Source: a virus. Taken from it: a DNA stretch of 64,000 nt. Below, in pieces: positions 37,255 through 50,300 of the stretch. Under the pieces are notes generated by a model. The model did no database searches, was not told where the DNA came from, and worked only from the letters and a program-made list of their open reading frames with translations. Within the stretch, counting starts at the first letter, position 1; each line of letters opens with the position of its first letter. The stretch covers positions 64,001 through 128,000 of the IMG/VR virus record IMGVR_UViG_3300020463_000007. One strand, written 5' to 3'. Made by a program: the position numbers and the translations under genes.

Positions 37255-37704
37255 ATGAGTTCAAGAGAGAAAAAAATTTATGCAGAAATTACAGTACCAG
37301 GCAACAAATCTGAGCAATCTGTAAACACAAAAACTACATATAGAGGCATGAGTACAGTAAATTCTGATAATAATACTGTAAGTCTATACGATATCTCATT
37401 AATAAAACAAGATTTAATTAATCATTTTCATATACGCCAAGGTGAAAAATTAAGTAATCCTGAATTTGGTACAATAATTTGGGACGCTTTATTTGAACCA
37501 TTAACTGAAACACTCAAAGATGCAATTACGCAAAATGTAACAAAAATTGTAAACAGCGATCCAAGAACAAATGTAGACAAAATAGTTATTGATCAATACG
37601 AACAAGGAATACAAATAGAATGCACTATCACTTATCTTCCGTTTAATATATCAGAAACTTTAAGAATGAGATTCGACGAAGATGCAGGCTTTTTGAAGTC
37701 CTAA
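37255..37704 (+). CDS. gp25: Baseplate wedge subunit gp25
   Basis: IKQDL.N....RQGEK..NPEFG.......LFEP....DPR. Confidence 0.9.
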   Translation: MSSREKKIYAEITVPGNKSEQSVNTKTTYRGMSTVNSDNNTVSLYDISLIKQDLINHFHIRQGEKLSNPEFGTIIWDALFEPLTETLKDAITQNVTKIVNSDPRTNVDKIVIDQYEQGIQIECTITYLPFNISETLRMRFDEDAGFLKS

Positions 37705-37729
37705 TTATATGCGTACTTTACTATATACA

Positions 37730-37736
37730 ATAAATA
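37730..37736 (+). promoter_or_regulatory. Late promoter (ATAAATA)
   Basis: Followed by AAGGA RBS and the ATG at 37758. Confidence 0.65.
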
Positions 37737-37757
37737 GTGTAACAAGGAATATTACAT

Positions 37758-40700
37758 ATGCCGGCAACAGATAGACAGAATAGATTATTATTAGCAGAAG
37801 ATTGGAGACGCATATACCAATCTTTTAGAAATGCTGATTTTCAAAGCTATGACTTTGACAATTTACGTCGGACTATGATAAACTATCTTAGGGAAAACTA
37901 TCCTGAAGATTTCAACGATTATATTGAATCAAGTGAATATCTAGCACTTATAGATCTCATTGCTTATATGGGACAAAATATCTCATTTAGAATTGATCTT
38001 AACGCACGAGAAAATTACTTAGAATTAGCTGAGCGTAGAGAAAGTGTTTTACGTTTGGCACGTTTGCTGTCATACAATCCTAAAAGGAATCAAGCAGCTA
38101 ACGGTTTAGTAAAAGTTGAAAGTGTAAGCACTACAGAAGAAATACTAGATTCTAATAATGTTAATTTAGCAAATCAAACCATTGTTTGGAATGATCCAAC
38201 AAACCCTGATTGGTATGAACAGTTTGTAAAAGTACTTAATTCTACCTTACCAGTAAATGCAAAATTTGGTCGTCCTATTAAAAAAGATATTTCTAGCGGA
38301 ATCCCAACTGAACAGTATCGCATGTTAAGCACAAATACAGAAGTACCTGTGTATAGTTTTTCAAAAAACATAGACGGCAGAAGTGCAAGATTTGAAATAG
38401 TATCAACAGATATTAATGATCAAGTAATACAAGAAGAAGCACCATTTCCAGGAAATAATTTTGCATTCTTATATAGAGATGATGGGAGAGGTAGTGCAAG
38501 TTCAAACACAGGATTCTTCAGTCATTTCAGAGAAGGAGCGATAGACGAAGGTGTTTTTAATATTACTACACCTAGCACTAATCAAGTTGTATCAATAGAT
38601 GCTACAAATGTTAATAATACTGATGTATGGTTATACAAATTAGACTCATTTGGATCAGAACAAGAATTATGGACAAAGGTAGATTCTGTTGAAGGCAACA
38701 ATGTTGTGTACAATAGTTTATCAAAAAGTATTAACAATATTTACGCTGTTTTAACAAGGGTAGATGATAGAATTAGTTTAATGTTCTCAGACGGCGTTTT
38801 TGGAAATCTACCAAAAGGAAGTTTTAGAGTTTTTTACAGAGTCAGTAAAAATGAAAGAGTTATAATTACTCCAGATGATATGAGGGGTATTACTGTCTCT
38901 ATTCCTTATCTTTCCAAGACAGACAAAGTTGAAACATTAACCTTGACTTACGAATTAAAATACACCATTGATAATTCTACAGAAAGTGAGTCTAACGCAA
39001 GTATAAAACAAAATGCTCCTTCAACATATTATACACAAAATAGAATGGTCACAGGTGAAGATTATCAAATTGCACCATTAGGAATAAGTCAAGAAATAAT
39101 AAAAGTAAAATCTATTAATAGAACGTCTAGTGGAATTTCACGTTACTTTGATTTAATAGATGCTACAGGCAAATACAGTAAAACAAATTTATACGGTACA
39201 GACGGAGTTTTGTTTAAGGAAAATTTAGATCCTAAAACATCATTTAGTTTTGTTACAAAAACTGATGTTGAAGGAGCAATAATTAATACGATACAACCTA
39301 TTTTACGGGATAAAAAATTAAGAAATTATTACTATGATAATTTTCCTAAAATTTCAACAATTGATCTTGGTGTTACTTGGGTGCAATCTACAAAGACAAC
39401 TAATTTAAGCACAGGGTATTTTAAAAATTCAGCAGGTGTAACATCTCAGTTAGGTGCATTTACTTCATCTTTGTTGAAATTGTTAGTACCTGGGTCATTA
39501 ATTAAATTTTTACCCCCAACCGGGCAAAGTTTTTTGAATACAGATCTTGTTAGCACCACAGGATATCAAGGGAAAAAAGGTGTAGTAGATTATAAATGGG
39601 TAAAAATTGCCGCAGTGACAGGTGATGGTACTATTGTTGCAACTACAGGACAGGGTCCTGTATCTTTAAATGATATTATTCCTAACGGTTCAAGATTATC
39701 AGAAATTATTCCAGGACTAGCAGGTTCATTGGAAACAGACGTAGCAACACAATTAATTGATCAAGTATTTGCATATAAAACTTTTGGTCTGAGATATAGT
39801 ACGGATTCACAATCTTGGAGAATAGTCACTGAAAACAATTTAAATATAAATTCTCCTTTTAGTACAGGTAAGACAGGAGATATTTCTAATCAACAACTAG
39901 ATAGCAGTTGGTTGTTGCTATTTGAAACTAATGGCGAAACATATACTATTAAAAATCGTGCTATGAGATATATTTTTGAAAGTAATCAAGAGATGAGATT
40001 TTATTTTGATAAAACAGATAAAATTTACAATAATTTAACCGGTAAAATTGTTAAGGATAAAATAAGTGTTTTAAATATTAATACACAACCAGATAGTGCT
40101 TCACCATTTACTGTTAACTACGATTGGGAATTAACAGAAGAATACAGAGATGCTGAAGGATATGTTGATAGTAAAAAAATAGAAATTACCTTTTTTGATA
40201 GCGATGACGATGGCGTAGTTGACGACCCTAATATTTTTGATACTATTGTTGATGAAACAACAAATCCTCTTACAAAATATATTTTCCAGGAAAAAATTAC
40301 TACCACAGACGGAGTAGAAGATTTTAATTATATTTCTGCTACATCGTTAAATGTTATTGTTCTAAGCACTGAAGGGTCACTTAATCCTTTAAGCACATAT
40401 ACAAATGGACAGTTATTTTATTTTGCAACTCCTAATATATTTAAAATTTATGATAGTAGCATAGGAATTTTAGTCCAGACTACAAATTATAGAGCAAGAG
40501 TTGGTAGAGACGATATTACCTTTCATTATATACATGGAGCAGATGATAGTTCGAGAATAGATCCTAGTGCAAGTAATATTATTGACACATATATTTTAAC
40601 TAAAAGTTATGATACGGATTATAGGCTTTATTTAAATGATGCAGGTACATTGCCTTTACCACCTAGTTCAGATGCTTTAGCTCTTTCTTATAATGCTGAA

Positions 40701-41372
40701 TTAGCAAAAATTAAATCATTATCTGATGAAATAATTTATCATCCAGTTAAGTATAAAGTACTTTTTGGAAGTAAAGCGGAGGCAGATTTGCAAGCAACAT
40801 TTAAAGTAGTAAAAAACCCAGATCTAGTATTAAATGATAACGATATTAAATCAAGAATTATTGCTGCCGTTAACGAATACTTTGCACTCGAAAATTGGGA
40901 TTTTGGAGATAAGTTTTTCTTCTCAGAAATGGCAAATTACGTTATGTCTCAAATGACACCAGACTTAGTTACTTTTATTATAGTGCCTAATCAATCATCT
41001 CAAGTGTTTGGTAGTTTATATGAAATTAAAGCAGAAAGTGATGAAATTTTTATAAGTGGTGCCACAGTTGATAATATAGATGTTATTGATGCAGTCACAG
41101 CAACAAGACTACGAGCTGATGGTACTGTTGTCACATCAAGCACAAGAGTAAGTGCAGGTATACAAAGCTCTACAACAACAGCACAAACAACAACAGGAGC
41201 AACTACTACATCAACTGGTTCTAGTAGTTCTAGTACTGCAACTGGTTCAACAGGAGCAACAGGTAGTAATTATGGCACAAGTAGTTCAAGCAGTTCATCA
41301 AGCAGTTCATCAAGTAGTTCATCAAGTAGTTCATCAGGTAGCTCAGGTTCAAGTAGTAGCGGAGGTTACTAA
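37758..41372 (+). CDS. gp6: Baseplate wedge protein gp6-like, extended
   Basis: DFD.LR..MI.YL...YPE.FNDY.ESS, A.RRESV..LA..L.Y.P, F.DG.FG..P, QNRMVT.EDY. Confidence 0.85.
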   Translation: MPATDRQNRLLLAEDWRRIYQSFRNADFQSYDFDNLRRTMINYLRENYPEDFNDYIESSEYLALIDLIAYMGQNISFRIDLNARENYLELAERRESVLRLARLLSYNPKRNQAANGLVKVESVSTTEEILDSNNVNLANQTIVWNDPTNPDWYEQFVKVLNSTLPVNAKFGRPIKKDISSGIPTEQYRMLSTNTEVPVYSFSKNIDGRSARFEIVSTDINDQVIQEEAPFPGNNFAFLYRDDGRGSASSNTGFFSHFREGAIDEGVFNITTPSTNQVVSIDATNVNNTDVWLYKLDSFGSEQELWTKVDSVEGNNVVYNSLSKSINNIYAVLTRVDDRISLMFSDGVFGNLPKGSFRVFYRVSKNERVIITPDDMRGITVSIPYLSKTDKVETLTLTYELKYTIDNSTESESNASIKQNAPSTYYTQNRMVTGEDYQIAPLGISQEIIKVKSINRTSSGISRYFDLIDATGKYSKTNLYGTDGVLFKENLDPKTSFSFVTKTDVEGAIINTIQPILRDKKLRNYYYDNFPKISTIDLGVTWVQSTKTTNLSTGYFKNSAGVTSQLGAFTSSLLKLLVPGSLIKFLPPTGQSFLNTDLVSTTGYQGKKGVVDYKWVKIAAVTGDGTIVATTGQGPVSLNDIIPNGSRLSEIIPGLAGSLETDVATQLIDQVFAYKTFGLRYSTDSQSWRIVTENNLNINSPFSTGKTGDISNQQLDSSWLLLFETNGETYTIKNRAMRYIFESNQEMRFYFDKTDKIYNNLTGKIVKDKISVLNINTQPDSASPFTVNYDWELTEEYRDAEGYVDSKKIEITFFDSDDDGVVDDPNIFDTIVDETTNPLTKYIFQEKITTTDGVEDFNYISATSLNVIVLSTEGSLNPLSTYTNGQLFYFATPNIFKIYDSSIGILVQTTNYRARVGRDDITFHYIHGADDSSRIDPSASNIIDTYILTKSYDTDYRLYLNDAGTLPLPPSSDALALSYNAELAKIKSLSDEIIYHPVKYKVLFGSKAEADLQATFKVVKNPDLVLNDNDIKSRIIAAVNEYFALENWDFGDKFFFSEMANYVMSQMTPDLVTFIIVPNQSSQVFGSLYEIKAESDEIFISGATVDNIDVIDAVTATRLRADGTVVTSSTRVSAGIQSSTTTAQTTTGATTTSTGSSSSSTATGSTGATGSNYGTSSSSSSSSSSSSSSSSSSSGSSGSSSSGGY
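41286..41345 (+). repeat. Five 12-bp tandem repeats (TCAAGYAGTTCA) encoding poly-Ser
   Basis: tcaagcagttca x2, tcaagtagttca x2, tcaggtagctca. Confidence 0.9.
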
Positions 41373-44300
41373 TGGCTTACGATAATCATCAAAAAGATGG
41401 CAACGCTGATCCAAACGCTAAAAGAAAATCAGAACAACATCTACCTAAATATTTTAGAACAGTACCTAACAGCAAATTTCTATCAAGCACAATAGATCAA
41501 TTAATACAGCCTGGAACAGTAGAAAAACTTAATGGATATTATGGCCGTGAGACTGCGGCTTCATTTAACAAAGATGACAACTATATTGGAGATTTCTCAG
41601 ACAGCAGAGAGAATTACCAGTTTGAACCTGCTACAGTAATTAAAGATAATTTAGGTAGCGTAAAATTTTACAAAGATTATAATGATTATATGAATCAGCT
41701 TGTAAGTTACAATAGTAAGGTTAAAGATCATAGTGTCACAAATAAACAAGAGTATTACAGTTGGAATCCCCACATTGATTGGGATAAATTTATAAACTTT
41801 AGAGAATATTATTGGTTACCTAGCGGACCACAAACAATAGATGTAAGAGGACAAACCACTGAAGTAGTCAGCACTTATACTGTTACACTAGCAGATAACT
41901 TAGATAATTTTGGTTATGTGTTTTCACCTGATGGTCTTACACAAAATCCGACTATTAAATTATTTAGGGGAATTACATATAAGTTTGATATCAACACACC
42001 AGGATTACCTTTTACTATTAGAACTAAAAGATCATTAGATGATACTTTTTTACTTACAAATACCACAAGTAATATTGATAATCAAGGTACAGAAGAAGGT
42101 GTAATTACTTTTACTCCAACTGATACTACTCCTGATATTTTATATTATGTAGCAGATAATGATATAGAAGCAGCAGGTTTGATCAAAGTTGCTAATATTG
42201 AAGAATCTTCAGCTATAGATATTGACGCAGAAGTATTAGGTAAAAAAACTTATACAACAGGAGCAGGTTTTGATTTATCAAACGGAATGAAAATAAAATT
42301 TATCGGGGAAGTTACTCCTGAAAAATATGCTACTGGTGAATATTTTGTTGAAGGAGTTGGCGATAAAATTGTTTTAATAAATCAAAATGAATTAACTGTT
42401 CCTAGTGCATTTGTTAACGATGTATCCGTTAATTTTGATCAACAAGGTTTTGATAGACAACCTTTTGATACCGCTATTGGTTATCCTACAGTTAGAGATT
42501 ACATGTTAATAAACAGATCTGCTAATGATGGAAACTTATGGAGTAGATATAATAGATGGTTTCATAAATCAGTAATTGAACAAAGTGCCTCTTTAAATGG
42601 ACAACCTGTAAGCGTAGATGAATCAGCTAGAGCTAAAAGGCCAATTATTGAATTTAACAAAGGACTTAAATTATTTGACTTTGGAACACAAACTAAAACT
42701 AATGTAAATCTTTTAGATACCCATACACAAGATGTATTCTCTACTATAGAAGGTAGCACAGGATATAATATTGACGGAGTAGATCTTATAGATGGTATGA
42801 GAATACTTTTTACAGCAGATCCAGATCCCTTAGTCAACGGTAGAATTTTTGAAGTGAAATTTTTTAAATTTGATGGACCAGAAATAGAAATAGATCAAAA
42901 TATTAAACAAATTTCTTTGATTGAAGTAGCAGACTCTAAACCAATTACCAATGAAGTAGTATTAGTAAGCCAAGGCAATACATATAAAGGATTGATGTAT
43001 TATTATAACGGTACTACATGGAAGCAAGCTCAAACTAAGACTAAGGTAAACCAGCCACCTTTATTTGATTTATTTGATGAAAATAATAAAAGTTTTAGCG
43101 ATACCACCGTATATAATTCTTCATCATTCAAAGGTAACAAAATTTTTAGTTATAAAGAAGGAACTATAGGTACTGCTGATAATGAAGTTGGCGTGATTTT
43201 ATCTTATAGGACTATCACAAATGTTGGAGACATAACGTTTAAATTTGATCTACTTACAGAATTTTTTGAGTATTTAATAGGTAGTCAATTATATTACAAA
43301 AATACTGATATAGGATTTTTACAAAAATATTCTGCAATCGCAAGTTACACTAATTTAAACGCTTGGCAAAAGGCTCCTACAGATAGTAAGCAACCTGTAA
43401 TAAGACAATATGTATTTGATAATTCTACATCTATATTTGACATAGATGTTTATGAAGATAGTGCCGCTTTAGCTGATTTAAGTTTAACTGTATTTTTAAA
43501 TAATGAATTAAAATTGAAAGATGTAGATTATGAAATAGGCACATCTCCTAATAATCTTAAAACAGTTAAATTTTTATCTCCAGCTTGGACAAGTCAGACA
43601 GGACTTACTGTAGGAGATAAGGTGGTTTTAAAAACCACATCATCAGCACAAAAAAATGACAACGGTTATTATGACTTTCCAAGTAACTTAGAAAGAAATC
43701 CACTTAATAATAATTTAAATGAATTTACAGTAGGAGAAGTTAATAACCATGTATCAAGTATTGTTGAAGACCTATCTGATTTTTCTGGAAAATTTCCTGG
43801 CAAAAGTAATTTAAGAGATTTAGGAGACGTAACAAAATACGGTAACAGATTTGTAAAACATAGTTCTCCGCTAAACTTAGCAATGTATAGTATGTTAGAT
43901 AAAGAGTCTAACTTAATATCTTCCATGAGATTTGCAAGAAGAGAATATAGCAAATTTAAAAGATCATTTTTACAGGTAGCACACGATTTAGGTTGGGAAG
44001 GTCCAGTAAAAGAACATGTAGATAGGATTATGGCAGATTTGAATAAGGATAAAATTAATTCAATGCCATTTTACTTTTCAGATATGGTGCCTCAAGGATC
44101 TTTCACAAAAACAACACATCAAATAGATGACAACACAGAGGAATATTTTTTACTTTCTAAAACATTTACATTAGATACAGTAAGTAGAGATTCAGTTCAA
44201 GTATACCTTAATAGCAAACAATTAGTTCATAACAGAGATTACACGTTTAACAGCGAAGGCTTTTGTAGAGTAACTGCACCTAAAACAGGTGGTGATTTGT

Positions 44301-47300
44301 TAGACATATACGAATATGAAACTACAAACGGAAGTTACGTGCCTCCTACTCCTACAAAACTTGGTCTGTATCCAAGTTATGAACCAGAGGTATACATAGA
44401 TAATACGGTGCAAATAAATGCTCCGGTATCTCCTTCTGGCGCATATAAATTTTATGGGGTAGCTGGCGCTAATCAAATGGGTGCAGGAAAATTGGGTTGG
44501 TTTTGGCCATTATATGCTACACAATCTGAAGCTGTTGCCAAAGATATAGAGCAAGGTGGAGCAGGAGCAGCTCATAGACATACTTTTGTTGGATTAAACA
44601 GAACGTTTTATATGCCTAACACAAGTTCTAACCACGGCACTACTGAACCTGAACAAAATATTGATGAATGGATAGAAGGCGCACCAGTAATCCAAGGTCA
44701 TGATGGTAGTAAAACTGTTGCATATAAAGATTATAGAGATACCTTACTTTTAGAATTAGAATTAAGAATTTTTAATAATCTTAAAGTAAAATACGATACA
44801 AATTTATTTGATATACATGACTTTCAAGGAGGCGAATATAGAAAAACCGATTTTGATAAATCAGCTGTAGATAGTCCAATGTTGTCAGACTTCATTCAAT
44901 GGACTAACTTAGTAGATAAAGATTATACATTACACGATTTTTATAACAGAACAAATACATTTACTTTTAATTATGAAAGTGCAGCATCGCCTAGCGGCAC
45001 ACTTATGCCAGGTTTCTGGAGAGGTGTATATAGAGATGCATATGATACAGATAGACCACATACTCATCCTTGGGAAATGCTTGGCTTTTCAATAAAACCT
45101 ACTTGGTGGGAAACACAGTATGGTCCTGCACCTTATACAAAAGATAATTTAGTGTTATGGACAGATATACAAAACGGAGTAGTCAGAGAGCCTAATAAAA
45201 AAATTAAAATTTTAAACAAATACAAAAGGACAAATTTATTAGATCATATTCCTGTAGATGAAAATGGTAATCTTATTAGTCCAAACGATTCAGGATATGT
45301 ACAAAGTTTCGATTCCGCAAGACTAGGACAGTCCTTTAAATTTGGTCATGAAGCGCCTGTAGAAACTGCATGGCGAAGAAGCAGTGAATATCCTTTTAGT
45401 TTAATTACGGCTTGGACACTCAGCCAGCCATCTAAAGTTTTGGCTACAGGATTCGATAGAGCAAACCAAGTAAAAAATTTAACTAATCAAATTGTTTACA
45501 AAACACAAAATAATCAGATAAGGTTATCTAATTTAATTTTTCCAAACACACACTTAGATACAACACAAACTTATACTTCGGGGCTGATTAATTACATTGC
45601 AGGATATATGGCAAGTAGTGTAGTATTATCATATACAGAGTATAAAAATAATATTAAAAATATTACAAATCAAATTGGATTTAAAGTAGGCGGATATACT
45701 GATAAAAATAAGTTTAAATTAATTTTAGATAGTAGAACACCTCTTAATGAAGGTAATGTTTTTGTACCAGATGAAAACTATAATATCTTTCTTAATAAAA
45801 GTTCTCCAGTACAAACTATATCATATAGCGGATTAATTATAGAAAAAAGACCTAATGGATATAAAATTAAAGGGTATGACAATTATACAACTGCCTTTAA
45901 ATATTTCCCTCATTTTGAAAGAGATAGAGATCCAGTAATTACTGTTGGAGGAACATCTGAACCATACTCAGAATTTGAAGGAGGGCGAACTTATACTGTA
46001 GGTAGCATTGTAGAAAACGCAGGAAAATTTTATAGAGTAACTACACAGCACATAGCTGGAGATACATTTGATGATTCTAATTTTGCATCATTGACAAAAT
46101 TACCAGTGCAGGGCGGCCGTGAAATTATTTTACGCCGGGAGTTTGCGTCTTTTGCTCCTTTAGAATTACCTTATGGAACTATTTTATCAAGTATTCAAGA
46201 TGTTTGTGATTTTATTCAAGGCTATGGAAAGTATTTAGAATCATTAGGTTTTGTATTTGATAATTTTAGAAAATCTGCAAGTGTAGTAGATGACTGGGAA
46301 ACAGCTACTAAAGAATTCGCATTTTGGACTTTACATAATTGGTCTGCAGGCACGCTAATAAGTTTAAGTCCAGCAGCAAATCAACTAAAATTTAGAAGTA
46401 ATTATAGTGTAGTCGATAATATCTTTGAAGGATTTTTTGGATATACATTATTGAAAGTAGATGGTCGGAAATTAACAAATGATTTTGTGCAGGTTGATAG
46501 GCAGAATCCAAATGAATTTATTTTAAGGCCAAAAAATACTGCTGACGGAATTTTTGCAATCAAACTTCCATTAGTGCAAAAAGAGCATGTTGTGTTATTA
46601 GATAACAAGACAGTATTTAATGATACAATATATGATCCAGAGCCTGGATATAGACAAGAAAGAATTAAAGTATTAGGGTATAGAACTACTAATTGGGATG
46701 GTAGTTTAAACATAGAAGGTTTTGTATATGATGAAGCCTATATAGAAGATTGGCAACCTAATAAAGATTACTTTATAGGAGACATAGTAAAATATAAAGA
46801 ATTTTATTATAATGCAAATAGCAAAGTTCCTGGAACACAATCATTTGTAGATAAAAACTGGACACGCCTAGATTATAAACCAGAATCTGGATTAAGTCCA
46901 AATTTCGAGTATAAGACAAATCAGTTTGCAGATTTTTACGACTTGGATAGTGACAATTTTGATAGTGAGCAACAGAGATTAGCACAGCATCTTATTGGTT
47001 ATCAAAAAAGAAAATACCTGGAAAATATCATTAATGATGATGTGTCACAGTATAAATTTTACCAAGGATTTATTCAAGATAAAGGAACAAAAAACGCATT
47101 AACAAAATTATTTGATGTATTAGGAAGTGCAGACAAAGATAGCTTAGAATTTTATGAAGAATGGGCAATAAAACGTGGACAATATGGATCTGCCACAGGT
47201 TTTGATGAAGTAGAATATAAATTAGACGAAAACAAATTTAGACTTTCGCCTCAGCCTATAGAATTAGTAAAAAGTATTACTGGTGAAGAAACCGACTTGG

Positions 47301-50300
47301 TATATAGAATCCAACCTTATGAAACATATCTTAAACCAAAAAATTACAGTCACTCACCCTTTCCAAAGAAATATGTAGCACCTGAACAAGGGTTTGTTAA
47401 AGATAGCGGTTATGTTAATCAAGAAGATGTAAAATTTATTGTAAAAGATTTTGATTCAATTTTAAATATAGATTTCTCAAATTGTAATCAAGGTGATTTA
47501 ATTTGGGTCGGCAATGATAAACTTACTTGGAATATATACAGGCATGACACTACTGATTTTATTGTAGAAAAAGTTACTGGTGGAGATACAGAATTTACTG
47601 TATCATTAACTTCTACACCTGCAAATATACAACCAGGAGATATATTCGGAGTATATGACTTAATCAGTACCACACTTGATCAAGCAGATAGTACTTTTGC
47701 GAATGCTAGTACGACTAAAGCAGCTATAGGATCTTTCTTTAAAGTCAAATCTGTCAGCTTAGAAAAAATTACGTTTGAAAGTCCTGATAAAGTTGATGAC
47801 GTTGAAGATTGTAAAGGTAGGTTAAGCAAACTTGTTTCTGTAAGAACAGATAGTTTAACTAAATTAAATGAGTTAGCACAAAAATTAGCTTCCACAAAAT
47901 CTAAATTTTGGGTTGATAAAGCTGACGGAGATAATTGGACAGTATATGAAGCTACACAAGCATTTCAAAAATTACAAGATATAAGCAGTGGTGAAAGTAT
48001 ACCTAATGAGACATTTGCAACATCTATCACTGCTAATAAATCTAACACAGTTTTAGCTGTTGGTTCACCAGACGAGGACGATGGGCAAGTTTACATCTAC
48101 ACTAGAGGTTCAGCTAGTGCAAATTTTGTTTTGTCTCAAGTTATTACTGCTCCTACAGATACTGCATTTAGTTTTAAACAGTTTTATACAGGAGTCACTT
48201 ATACTATAGGAGAATTAGTAAAGGCAAATAATAAATTTTACACAGTTGCGGAGACACATATAGGCGGTGTAAATTTTGATGTAACAAAATTTACCTTATT
48301 AGAGAAACCTCCTAAACTTCAAAAGTTTGGTAGTGCAATATCAATTAGCCAAGACGGCAAATATTTAGTAGTAGGCTCTCCTAATGCAAGTAATGTAAAA
48401 ACCAAATATAAACAAGATTACAACGCCAGTACGTCATATATTTTAGATGATATTGTAAATTACAACAATAAACTCTGGAAAGCTACTACATCGATAGTAC
48501 CGCAATCCGTAAGTATACAGTTTACAAGTTTCGGAAGTGTTGTGCAACAAATTGAATCTGTAGGAAACACTACACAATCTTCAGAACAGATAGATGTGAT
48601 TTTAACAGGAAAATATCCTTTCACAGGAATCAATGTTGATCACGTCTTGGTAAAACTTCCAAAGTTAATGTATGCTGGTTTGGATATAAATGATCAAATA
48701 AAACTAAAGTGGAATAGTAAAACTATTGCAAATCAAGAGCAAACAACATACACATCAAAGATACCATTCCCAGGTGGCGGTATGCCAGAGTTAAGTTCAT
48801 CTTTCTTTAGTAGCACTCATCAGGTGCAAATGAAAGTAGATCTAATACTTAACATAAATGCCTTTACTAACCAACCTGTAGCAGGAGATAAAGTTCAGAC
48901 TCAAACAGGTTCGGGAACAGTTGCTTATTCATATGAAGTTGGAGGCAGTATAGGATTATACTTAAACAATATTACAGGAAGTTTTGATGCCACTGATAGT
49001 TTGTTTCTTGCAAGTGGCGACTTCGTAGGAGAATATACTACATCAGCACCGTCAGAATCTATAGACGTCAGCAGTTATTATGGTGGCTATGTGATGATTA
49101 CAGTTCCAGGTGGTTATAATATTTTTGCAACTACATCAGATCAAGCTAAGGGGCTAGTTTATCAGGAAGCTATTACTGATAGCTCAGCACCATCTAATTA
49201 TTATTATAATTCAAGAGACTTTGAGACTACTACAGTACAAAGTGAAGATACTTTAGCTAGTTATATAGAGACACTTACTTATCAAGGGTTACCAGGCGCA
49301 GGCGGAGCGACTACTCCTTTCCTAAGTCCTTTTTATGTAATTAGAGCACCAAAAGCAATCACAGACACATTATCTAACGGAAACACTTTTAAATTTTTTG
49401 TTCCTTCGTTAGCTAGATACTCCTCAGGTATAGATAATAATCCATCTAATATAGGATTATCTTATGCAGAAACAAACAAAGAACTTACTGTATACGATTT
49501 ATGGGACGGCTATATTAAGTTTCAATTTACAAAATTTAATTTATTTGGTGAGCCTTTTGAACCAAGAATAGGAGATACTGTAGAAGATGTAACAACAGGC
49601 GCTACTGCTGAAATTACATTTTATCAAAGAGATGCGTTGAATGCAACAATATTTGTAAAAAATGTTGTAGGTAATTTTTCCAATGGTTCATTATTTGGAA
49701 ACAATGCAGAGATTAAATTTTTAGGAACTCCTACTGATCCAAGTCCTATATATCAAGTTGATCGTGTGATGGGAGAAATTCAACGAAAATCTTTAGGATT
49801 ATCCGCAGAAGGAATAGGTAAATTAATTGTAGTTGATTCAGGAGCAAACATTCAGGTTCCATCAACTTCTGCAATGACAGATACAGAATATTGGTTTTAT
49901 CAAGAAAACACAGTTGCAGGAGTACCTGTAGCTGCAAACTTACCTAGTGCAGGCAATAATGACTGGATTAATGTTTATAGTATTCCAGCAGTAAGTGGTG
50001 CAACTGCAAGTGATTTCGAGAATCAAGGAATGTACTCTGTATTTGGCACAGGCTCAACAAATAGATATGGATTTTTACAAAGCTATATTGTACCAGAAGC
50101 AAAAGAAGATTTTTACTTAGGATCTGAGATAAAGGTTACAAAGAAAAACGATTTGTACAGATTATTTGTACACGCTGGTGAGGATTATACTAGATTTAGA
50201 GATTTTAGAAATCTTAAAAAAGATCTTGATGATAGCACTTTTCAACCAGGCAGAACTTACTTTGTTAAGCATGGTACAGACGAGCTAGGAGCAACATGGG

